From: Candidatus Woesearchaeota archaeon
GTDB lineage: Archaea; Nanobdellota; Nanobdellia; Woesearchaeales; JAGVYF01
Length of the DNA stretch: 24,000 nucleotides
Direction: 5' to 3'
Assembly: GCA_016211195.1 (NCBI GenBank)
Contig: JACQSS010000016.1
Span: 3,475-27,474 of the forward strand
Shown: in pieces, positions 1 through 6,957 of the stretch
Layout of the letters: each line of letters starts with the position of its first letter
Numbering within the stretch: position 1 is the stretch's first letter
Notes under the pieces: model-generated
What the model saw: the letters and a program-made list of their open reading frames with translations, nothing else
Told to the model about the DNA's origin: nothing
Databases searched by the model: none
Translations under genes and position numbers: made by a program

Positions 1-1
1 T

Positions 2-502
2 GATTTCACGGCAAACCCGGGCTGGCGTCAAAACCAAAATCCTTGGTGGTCACTAGCTGCATTAGGCACCCATTGCATTGACTTGGCTGGGTGGCTGCTT
101 GGGTATGATGATGTCAAAAACATTGTCTGCTCAACAAGCAATACACGATTTGGCAGCAATGATGAGGAAGCATTGCTCGCATTCAGACTCGGGCATACGT
201 CGGTGGAAATCTATACCTCTGTGCTCTACAAAGCACCATACCAATTAGACATCTATGGCACCAAAGGAAGTGCACACGCGACATGGACATTGGGCCCGCG
301 CGGAGGGGGAACCATTACCATTAATGGAAACCCGCTTGCATTTGAGCAGCGTAACCCCTACGCAGAGCAATTGCGTGCGTTACAGCGACAGATACAAGGA
401 GAGAAAACAGCATTGGCAACACTGGGCCAAGGTATCTGGAATGTCCGGCTGATGGAAGCTGCTTACAGAAACAATTTTCTAAATCGCCCAATGGCATCCT
501 GA
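2..502 (+). CDS. Gfo/Idh/MocA-family oxidoreductase, C-terminal part (5' end lies outside the window)
   Basis: The frame is open from nt 2 with no stop. The translation DFTANPGWRQNQNPWWSLAALGTHCIDLAGWLLGYDD... matches the conserved GxHxIDxxxWLLG region of the C-terminal domain of this family. The ORF-track start at 83 is only a TTG inside the longer frame. Confidence 0.7.
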   Translation, partial: DFTANPGWRQNQNPWWSLAALGTHCIDLAGWLLGYDDVKNIVCSTSNTRFGSNDEEALLAFRLGHTSVEIYTSVLYKAPYQLDIYGTKGSAHATWTLGPRGGGTITINGNPLAFEQRNPYAEQLRALQRQIQGEKTALATLGQGIWNVRLMEAAYRNNFLNRPMAS

Positions 503-1659
503 ATCACAGGGACTGGGGTCGTTGAGAAAGATAACCGGATATTGTCGCCAAAGCCTTTTCCAAAGCAAGAACCATAGACTGTGGCGATGCCATGTTCCAT
601 CAGCAGGTTGAAGATGTACTTATCATGCTCGACGCCCTTTGGGATGTGTCGCCCGAAATTGGGGAACATATAGAACGCGCCTTCCGGTTTCTGAACATCT
701 ATTCCTGACGCACGAAGGCCATCATAGAGTACGTCTCTGCGTGCCTTGAACTCAGTGACCATTGCAGTGACAGCCTTTGCCTCCTCTTCCCTATTGTCTA
801 ATGCTTCCTTCCCTGCATATTGAAGGAAGGTTGCAACCCCCGCGGTCTGGCTGTAGTTGCCCAGTTTCACCAATTGGGAAATCCTCGGATGTCGGGTCAC
901 AAGGTAACCGAGACGCCAACCAGTCATGGCATACGTTTTTGACAAGGTAAAACAGGAGATGATATTTTCAAGATCAATGGCAGATGCGCTGAAATGCTTG
1001 CCTTCATACACAATGCGTTCATATGCTTCGTCTGCAAGCAGATAGACACCATTCCTATAACAGAGATCAGCAATTTTCCTTGTCTCCTCTTCCTTGAAGA
1101 CTTTACCCGTTGGATTATGCGGCGAGTTGTAATAAAAGAACCGGATACCGCTCTTGAGAACAGGCTCAAGTGTTTTCCAGTCTATTGAAAAGTCTTCCCT
1201 GAGCGGAACTTCGGTGAAGTCCACTTCTGTGTAGGGAGCAAAATTTTCCAGAGCACAACTCCAGCACGGGGAGAAGCCAGCACCACGCTCTCCGCGGAAA
1301 AGATTGAACGAGAGTTGCAGTGCCTCCTGCCCTGCATAGGTCACCACAATATCTGATAATGACAGACCATTTGCGCCGTTGATGTCGTGGAGTTTCCGCA
1401 GGATAGCCTCCTTGAACGGGACCTCTCCACCGGATAATGGATACTTTGTCCGGTTGTCATCCAACGCTTTCCGGGCAGCATCTTTGATATATTGCGGAGT
1501 CGGGAAATCCACTTCGCCGCGCTGAAATAGGATGAAATCTTTTCCCGTCCTCATGCGGAACTCATTGGCTTTTGTCTTGACCAGTTCGCTGATGCTCACG
1601 ATGGGAGACATCCCGACGTTTTCCATGGACCGGCTGAAGATATCGTTTGCGAATGTCAT
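463..1659 (-). CDS. Class I/II PLP-dependent aminotransferase (aspartate/aromatic aminotransferase-like)
   Basis: Carries the PLP-lysine signature SKTYAMTGWRLGY and the NSPHNPTGKV motif, at about 400 aa. I set the start to ATG 1659 (MTFAND...) because a minus-strand TATA (TTTAATAAA, plus coordinates 1682-1690) lies 22 nt upstream. The longer ORF to 1707 would start upstream of that TATA. Confidence 0.85.
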   Translation of the reverse strand: MTFANDIFSRSMENVGMSPIVSISELVKTKANEFRMRTGKDFILFQRGEVDFPTPQYIKDAARKALDDNRTKYPLSGGEVPFKEAILRKLHDINGANGLSLSDIVVTYAGQEALQLSFNLFRGERGAGFSPCWSCALENFAPYTEVDFTEVPLREDFSIDWKTLEPVLKSGIRFFYYNSPHNPTGKVFKEEETRKIADLCYRNGVYLLADEAYERIVYEGKHFSASAIDLENIISCFTLSKTYAMTGWRLGYLVTRHPRISQLVKLGNYSQTAGVATFLQYAGKEALDNREEEAKAVTAMVTEFKARRDVLYDGLRASGIDVQKPEGAFYMFPNFGRHIPKGVEHDKYIFNLLMEHGIATVYGSCFGKGFGDNIRLSFSTTPVPVIQDAIGRFRKLFL

Positions 1660-1721
1660 ACAGAGCAACGCTGAATTATTGTTTATTAAAGTGTGGTGCA
1701 GAACCATCTTCTACAGCATCC

Positions 1722-1885
1722 GGCTCCATTGAAAAGTTCCTCCGCTTGCGCTCCGTGGCCATCGATTCGCATTGAGGGTAATTAAGTAATGACAAAAATT
1801 CCTCTTGTAATCCCTTTTTTGCTTGCAAGAGAAGGAAACCAATGCTCACATAATTGATGGCTATCATGAAATTTTCAATGTGACC
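1722..1885 (+). mobile_element. MITE copy 1 (164 bp), flanked by the 8-bp direct repeat CAGCATCC (1714-1721 and 1886-1893)
   Basis: Left end is GGCTCCATTGAAAAGTTCC and right end is GAAATTTTCAATGTGACC, which are inverted repeats. It is near-identical to the copies at 9332-9495 and 23344-23506 except for a central stretch of about 30 nt. A perfect 8-bp duplication sits immediately outside both ends. Confidence 0.85.
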
Positions 1886-1896
1886 CAGCATCCAAA

Positions 1897-1905
1897 AGTA
1901 TTAAG
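1897..1905 (+). promoter_or_regulatory. TATA box (AGTATTAAG) with an A-rich BRE position, promoter of the 1930 gene
   Basis: AT-rich octamer 24 nt upstream of ATG 1930. This geometry recurs at at least 10 other first genes in the window. Confidence 0.45.
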
Positions 1906-1929
1906 AACAGATGAGCCTATCCCAAGCAC

Positions 1930-2763
1930 ATGGCACAATATCTTATCTTTGGCAATGGATGGATAGGAAATAAGTTTACTGCGTCTCTCCCAGATGCAGC
2001 ACTGTCACGCGCAGACATTACCAATAAGCAAGCAGTTCACGAAGCCATCGAAGAACATAATCCCAACATAGTCATCAACTGCGCAGGCAAAACCGGACGC
2101 CCGAATGTCGACTGGTGTGAAGATCATCAACGGGAAACATACCTCGCCAATGTGGTTGGACCGATGACATTAAGGGATGCATGCCTGGAACAGAAAGTGC
2201 ATTTTGTCCATGTTGGGTCTGGCTGTGTCTATGAAGGGGACAACAATGGTCATGGCTTTGCAGAAGACGATCTCCCGAATTATTTTGGCAGTTATTACAG
2301 CAAGACAAAAATCTGGGCAGAGGAAGCGCTTGCACAATATCCAGTACTGCAACTGCGGTTGCGCATGCCTGTTGACAAGGGACCGCACGACCGCAACCTT
2401 ATCACCAAACTCGTCAAATACCAGCGTGTCATCAATGTCCAAAACTCATTGAGCATTATTGACGATTTTCTTTACGCAGGTAAATGTCTTATGGAAAAAG
2501 GCTGCACAGGAATTTATAATATCACGAATCCAGGGGCAATGGGGCATGCACGTCTCCTTACTATTTATCAGGAGATTGTTGACCCGACATTTACATTTAC
2601 AGTAATGCCGCTCACTGAGCTCATGACCAAGGTAAAGACTGGGAGATCAAATTGTGTCCTCAGCACAAAGAAACTGGCGCATCATGTGACGCTGGATCCC
2701 ATAGAAACAGCAATGAGAAAATGTCTTGAGCATTACAAACAGGTCATTGATGCTCGGAAATAG
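1930..2763 (+). CDS. NAD(P)-dependent nucleotide-sugar 3,5-epimerase/4-reductase of the NRS/ER (UER1) / RmlD-like type (rhamnose pathway)
   Basis: A long run of motifs is shared with plant NRS/ER as I recall it: AGKTGRPNVDWCEDH, GSGCVYEGD, PNYFGSYYSKTK, LRLRMP, RNLITKL, TGIYNITNPG, DPTFTF and GRSNCVLSTKKL. The N-terminus has the glycine-rich FGNGWIG. Confidence 0.8.
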   Translation: MAQYLIFGNGWIGNKFTASLPDAALSRADITNKQAVHEAIEEHNPNIVINCAGKTGRPNVDWCEDHQRETYLANVVGPMTLRDACLEQKVHFVHVGSGCVYEGDNNGHGFAEDDLPNYFGSYYSKTKIWAEEALAQYPVLQLRLRMPVDKGPHDRNLITKLVKYQRVINVQNSLSIIDDFLYAGKCLMEKGCTGIYNITNPGAMGHARLLTIYQEIVDPTFTFTVMPLTELMTKVKTGRSNCVLSTKKLAHHVTLDPIETAMRKCLEHYKQVIDARK

Positions 2764-3022
2764 TAACTTCCTGCGGGACTTCTGCTTTCTGCTCTTCATA
2801 CACAGGCACATTGGGCTGGAAGTATTTCCTTTGCTTCATGAAAAAGCCCAGCGTGTTATTGCCTTTGAACACAATGCACGCTTCATAGAATGGATCCTTA
2901 TTGTTGCACATCCGCTGCTGGCGGACACACGCACCATTGCGGTAATGGGGACATGACCGATTAAGCTTTTGCGCTTCAAGCGTTGCGCATGAACTTGCTG
3001 GTTTTCCACTCCGTCCCATCAC
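2744..3022 (-). CDS. Small hypothetical protein (92 aa) with 5 Cys
   Basis: ATG 3022 is preceded by GGGGTGATGTG, a good match to the archaeal anti-SD. The product has no recognisable family. Its 3' end overlaps the 1930..2763 gene convergently by 20 nt. Confidence 0.4.
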   Translation of the reverse strand: MMGRSGKPASSCATLEAQKLNRSCPHYRNGACVRQQRMCNNKDPFYEACIVFKGNNTLGFFMKQRKYFQPNVPVYEEQKAEVPQEVTISEHQ

Positions 3023-3088
3023 ATCACCCCAATTTTCATACTTTTAATGGTAAAATTCTTTTAAATAGATTGTGTTGTACTTCATCAA

Positions 3089-3113
3089 TGAAAAAAATGT
3101 TTCATTTTTTTCA
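3089..3113. terminator. Perfect 11-bp palindrome TGAAAAAAATG-TTT-CATTTTTTTCA, a bidirectional hairpin/oligo-T terminator candidate
   Basis: Read directly from the sequence. On either strand the stem is followed by a 7-T run. It lies in the 247-bp AT-rich spacer downstream of apt. Confidence 0.4.
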
Positions 3114-3269
3114 GTACTTTTTTCTACCGACGACAAAGGATTATTTTCACAGCACAAGTAACTGAAAAAAGATGACAAGAAAATGGAGAGATTGTTTTTA
3201 TGGTGTTGAGAATATATTTTGTGAAAGAATTATCTCGGTGGGGATATTACACAAAAGAATGAAAAAGAA

Positions 3270-3791
3270 TTATTCACCTTCAAAAGCAACCATCGCATAG
3301 CTGGGCGTCGGAAGAATCCGTTCCCGGCCTTTCAAGTCAGGCAAGTCAATGACAAAGGCAGCTTCAATAACGTTACCACCAAGTTGTTCGATGAGCTTGA
3401 TTGCAGCGCCGGCAGTGCCACCAGTTGCAACGAGATCATCAATGAGCAAAACCCTGTCACCCTTTCGGATGGCATCCTCATGGACTTCAATGATGTCCTT
3501 TCCATATTCTAATTCATATTCATACCTGACGACCTTACCCGGCAGCTTGCCTTTTTTCCTAATGGGTACAAATCCTTTTTTCAGGAGTGCAGCAACAGCA
3601 CCACCTAGGATAAAACCACGGGACTCAATGCCAGCAACAACGTCAATATCCATCCTGCTATATCTCTCTGCCAGATGCAGAATAACATGATGAAACCCAT
3701 CCGGATCTTTGAGCAGCGTCGTGATATCCCGGAACATGATACCTTGCTTCGGGAAATGGGGAATCGTTCTGATTTTTTCCTTGATGTCCAT
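3270..3791 (-). CDS. apt: Adenine phosphoribosyltransferase
   Basis: Has the PRPP-binding motif VLLIDDLVATGGTAGAA and an N-terminus (IRTIPHFPKQGIMFRDITTLLKD) typical of APRT, at 173 aa. The SD GAGGTGGA precedes the ATG. The gene lies 9 nt downstream of the MTAP stop. Confidence 0.92.
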   Translation of the reverse strand: MDIKEKIRTIPHFPKQGIMFRDITTLLKDPDGFHHVILHLAERYSRMDIDVVAGIESRGFILGGAVAALLKKGFVPIRKKGKLPGKVVRYEYELEYGKDIIEVHEDAIRKGDRVLLIDDLVATGGTAGAAIKLIEQLGGNVIEAAFVIDLPDLKGRERILPTPSYAMVAFEGE

Positions 3792-3800
3792 TGTTCCACC

Positions 3801-4586
3801 TCACAAGAGTGACGTCTTTATCGCTTCCTTACAGGTACATTGTTCAAAAGCAATCATGGGAATGACCTCCTTAAGCAATAAGCGGACACTATCTGCATTC
3901 TTCTTCATGGTTGCCAGAATCATGTCAAGCGTGACTGACTCTTCAGATTCATGCCAGCAGTCATAATCCGTGCTCATGGCAATTGCTGCATAACAGATCC
4001 CTGCTTCCCGTGCCAGTACGACTTCCGGCACAGTTGTCATATTGATGACGTCGGCTCCCCACATACGGAACATCTTTGATTCTGCCTTTGTCGAGAAGCG
4101 CGGACCCTCAATCGTAATCATTGTCCCGCTGGGATGGAAATCTAGCTTTTGTTCGCGAGCTGACTCATTGAGCAATGCGCGGAGTTGCCCACAGAACGGC
4201 TCTGCCATCGGGATGTGGCAGACTTCATGTCCTTCATAAAATGTCTGATGGCGTCTGGTTGTCCTATCAATAAATTGATCAATGAAAACAAGATGCCCGG
4301 GTTTTATTTCTTCACGCAATGAACCACAGGCAGTAGCCCCTATGATGTGAGTAACACCAAGTTCCTTCAGTGCCCAGATGTTTGCACGGAAGTTGACATT
4401 GGAGGGGTAGATACGGTGTTTGTCCCCGTGTCGTGCGACAGCAACCACATCCCTTCCACCGAGCTTACCGAGTGAAATGACATCAGATGGTGACCCATAC
4501 GGTGTATGTTTCTTTATCTTCTGAACATTTTCCAGTCCAAGCTGATCATCTATCCCCGAGCCACCGATAATGCCGATTTTGATCAT
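3801..4586 (-). CDS. mtnP: S-methyl-5'-thioadenosine phosphorylase (MTAP)
   Basis: Motifs are [20 protein letters not shown] and [30 protein letters not shown], at 261 aa. A GGAG SD lies upstream. Confidence 0.9.
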   Translation of the reverse strand: MIKIGIIGGSGIDDQLGLENVQKIKKHTPYGSPSDVISLGKLGGRDVVAVARHGDKHRIYPSNVNFRANIWALKELGVTHIIGATACGSLREEIKPGHLVFIDQFIDRTTRRHQTFYEGHEVCHIPMAEPFCGQLRALLNESAREQKLDFHPSGTMITIEGPRFSTKAESKMFRMWGADVINMTTVPEVVLAREAGICYAAIAMSTDYDCWHESEESVTLDMILATMKKNADSVRLLLKEVIPMIAFEQCTCKEAIKTSLL

Positions 4587-4598
4587 TTTACTCCTCTC

Positions 4599-4916
4599 TT
4601 AAATTCGATAAAACTGTATTGCAACAGGCCGATGATAAACATTGTCCCCTTCTGAATTCTTACCCATGAAAAAAGATCGTCCCTCCTTTGCATAATAGGC
4701 GTTTGCGCCGTTAGGAATCTTCACCTCGGTGCCTATCCTATTCTGGAGGGAATAATCATTTACATGATGACGGCTATCATGTCCAATCCAACATGTAATC
4801 ATTGATAAATCCCTGAGTGCCCGCTCATACACTTTCTCCTTAGTATCTGCTCTTACAAAATAGTCTCTTTTCCACAATAAACGTACTAATCCATCAATCT
4901 CCTTTTCCATATTCAT
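4599..4916 (-). CDS. Hypothetical protein (105 aa), first gene of the MTAP-APRT operon
   Basis: Protein-like translation MNMEKEIDGLVRLLWKRDYF...AIQFYRI. ATG 4916 is preceded by GGTGGGGGG. The long ORF-track version (to 5237) overlaps the divergent 5005 gene and reads as noise. ATG 4976 is an alternative start that would add a hydrophobic N-terminus. Confidence 0.5.
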   Translation of the reverse strand: MNMEKEIDGLVRLLWKRDYFVRADTKEKVYERALRDLSMITCWIGHDSRHHVNDYSLQNRIGTEVKIPNGANAYYAKEGRSFFMGKNSEGDNVYHRPVAIQFYRI

Positions 4917-5004
4917 CCCCCCACCATATCCATGGCTGATAACAGGGGAAATAAATAAAGCTATCGCAGCAACCATTTTAAAGCATCCCTTCCACCTTCC
5001 AGAA

Positions 5005-5805
5005 ATGAACGCAGCAGAGAAGGAGCTTGCAAAAGTGATCGAGCATGACCATGTCGTCCTAATGCCCAGAGGCAATGCTGCCATTTTCACTGCCCTCTTT
5101 GTTGCGAGACAAGCGGGGAAAAAAAGAGCGCTTATCCCTGACCAGGGCGGCTGGTTCACGTTCAAGACATACCCTAAACTGTTGGGAATTGATCTAGTGA
5201 TGATTCCAACGCATGACGGAGTTATAGACCCCCACACGATACCTGTTGCAGATGATGCATGTCTCTTGTATGCACAACCTGCAGGCTACTTTGCTGAGCA
5301 GGATACCCGGACGATTTATGAGCAATGCAAAGGACAGACGCTCGTTATCATGGACGCATCGGGCTCTATTGGCAGCCTCATGTGCTCTGGCCAGCACGCG
5401 GACATGATGGTCGGCAGCTTCAGCGACTGGAAACCAATCAATATAGGCTACGGCGGCTTTATCTCATTCAGAACAAAAGAACTGGCCGACCAGAGCAAAG
5501 ACATCCTCTCCATTAGCAAAGTCCACTCTAGCCTCGAACAGGAATTGCTGGGTAAGCTCAAAACAGTATCGGATCGCTATGAGCAGTTATATCAGCGTGC
5601 AGAAGCCATCAAACGGGATTTAGCTGCATATGACATCATTCACCCCACGAAAAAGGGAATTAATGTTATCGTTGCCTACAACAATGAGGCCGAAAAGAAA
5701 AAGGTTATTGCTTACTGTGACCAGGAAAAGCTTGAGTACACGATCTGCCCACGTTTTATCAGGGTAAACCGGAAGGCAGTCAGCATTGAGGTTAAGCGAT
5801 TATGA
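5005..5805 (+). CDS. PLP-dependent transferase-like protein (fold type I, DegT/DnrJ/EryC1-like pattern)
   Basis: The pattern HVVLMPRGNAAIFTAL...VIMDASGSIGS...ADMMVGSFSDWKPINIGYGGFI resembles the DegT-type core with its PLP lysine. The TATA TTTTAAAG (4976-4983) lies 21 nt before the ATG. Confidence 0.5.
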   Translation: MNAAEKELAKVIEHDHVVLMPRGNAAIFTALFVARQAGKKRALIPDQGGWFTFKTYPKLLGIDLVMIPTHDGVIDPHTIPVADDACLLYAQPAGYFAEQDTRTIYEQCKGQTLVIMDASGSIGSLMCSGQHADMMVGSFSDWKPINIGYGGFISFRTKELADQSKDILSISKVHSSLEQELLGKLKTVSDRYEQLYQRAEAIKRDLAAYDIIHPTKKGINVIVAYNNEAEKKKVIAYCDQEKLEYTICPRFIRVNRKAVSIEVKRL

Positions 5806-6410
5806 AAGATATGCTTGTGCCCTTGAGTGCAGCATTCCTTGTCTTCCTTGTTTTTTCATATACTTTACAGTGGGTGGCATTTGACCGGTCATTCTATGAT
5901 GCACAATACGAAAAAAATGGCATCTACGCACGTTTCATACCGGATGAGGTGAACAATGTCACTGATGAGCTTTTGCAGTATCTGCAAGATGAAAAAAGTG
6001 ATATTGCCACCTTGTTCTTCAATAGCAAAGAAAAAGAGCACCTGCGTGATGTCAAAAGATTGCTGCAACGGGAAAGACTTTTTGGTCTCTGGATGACTGT
6101 CCTGTTCGGTGTGCTGCTCGCCATACGACGACAAGCCATCCAGCGCATCATGACGCTGGCGGGGTTGCTTGGTGGGGGTGTCATTGCCATTCTTGGACTG
6201 CTTATTTCCCTGTCGTTCCCCATTGCATTTACACTGTTTCATTTACTTCTGTTTACTAATGACCTCTGGATGCTAGACCCGGAAACAGACAGACTCGTGA
6301 TGCTTTACCCCGAACCGTTCTGGATTGCTATTGCACTGCGGTGGGCTTTACTGATGGCAATAAGTTACAGTCTCATCTTGACGCTAGGCGTTATGGAACA
6401 ACGACGATGA
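5802..6410 (+). CDS. Integral membrane protein, TIGR01906/DUF1461-like
   Basis: An N-terminal TM segment is followed by a soluble stretch with FNSKEKEHLRDVKRLL, then 3-4 further TM helices. That layout recalls TIGR01906. An ATGA start/stop overlap links it to the upstream gene. Confidence 0.45.
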   Translation: MKDMLVPLSAAFLVFLVFSYTLQWVAFDRSFYDAQYEKNGIYARFIPDEVNNVTDELLQYLQDEKSDIATLFFNSKEKEHLRDVKRLLQRERLFGLWMTVLFGVLLAIRRQAIQRIMTLAGLLGGGVIAILGLLISLSFPIAFTLFHLLLFTNDLWMLDPETDRLVMLYPEPFWIAIALRWALLMAISYSLILTLGVMEQRR

Positions 6411-6957
6411 TTTTGTATTTCGGTGTTTCGCCGTAGGGTTCAAAGCCCGTTCCACGGGGCAATTTTTCTGCCCCCGCCAGCACATCGACCACATAGGTGC
6501 CGGATGCCAATGACTTACCCACTTCCACACCAAGGGCAAAGTTCCTGCTTTTGTCAGGAGAAATTGACTCGATACGTTCCTGCCCTGCTGCTGGCAGCAG
6601 GAACAGCTCATGTCCTTCAGTACCAAATTTCGGATCTATTTGACTGTTGACTGCCCCATTTGGCACGATAGTGACCTTGAATTTTCGTTCTTCAGCAAAA
6701 ATATTGAGAATCCGAACACCATAGGCATCGTACTCCCCCCGTCGTATTGTCTTTGTTTTATCACCGATGCAGACCTGTTCTGTGCCGCAGCGCAACGTCC
6801 CTATTTGACGATCAAGGTCTTCAAAGGTCCGTTGCTGCAAGCCAGTTGCTTTGCCGTAAATATTCATGATGAAATTGATGGAAAACCCGAAAATAACGAG
6901 TGAAAGGACAATAATAACCAGAAAGTTCATCGAAAGCTCAATGGCTTTCCTGTTCAT
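6391..6957 (-). CDS. Archaeal type IV pilin-like protein (class III signal peptide)
   Basis: The N-terminus MNRKA/IELSMNFLVIIVLSLVIFGF has a basic residue plus small residue, then a hydrophobic helix. The C-terminal region parallels the 8023 gene (SGTYVVDV versus SGVYICTV). An ATGA overlap links it to the upstream gene. Confidence 0.65.
   Translation of the reverse strand: MNRKAIELSMNFLVIIVLSLVIFGFSINFIMNIYGKATGLQQRTFEDLDRQIGTLRCGTEQVCIGDKTKTIRRGEYDAYGVRILNIFAEERKFKVTIVPNGAVNSQIDPKFGTEGHELFLLPAAGQERIESISPDKSRNFALGVEVGKSLASGTYVVDVLAGAEKLPRGTGFEPYGETPKYKIIVVVP

Noticed and set aside
1185-1200. CTATTGAAAAGTC inside the aminotransferase gene resembles the MITE TIR core.
   Set aside because: It is a partial match within an intact, conserved coding frame, with no inverted partner.
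1676-1891. Minus-strand ORFs of 71 aa and 63 aa (1676-1891 and 9319-9510) have similar translations (INYVSIGFLLLQAK...MATERK.RNFSM) and look like a conserved small protein.
   Set aside because: The similarity is only a consequence of the nucleotide repeat (the MITE). The same frame in copy 3 contains stops, and the ORFs run across the element boundaries into unrelated flanks.
3171-3299. Small + strand ORF (42 aa, MTRKWRDCFYGVENIF...) in the AT-rich spacer.
   Set aside because: There is no TATA at the expected distance and no SD. It overlaps the apt 3' end and its composition is typical of AT-rich noise.
4917-5237. N-terminal extension of the 4599 ORF to 212 aa.
   Set aside because: It overlaps the divergent PLP-like gene by more than 200 nt, has a noise-like sequence, and the TATA and SD evidence supports the start at 4916.
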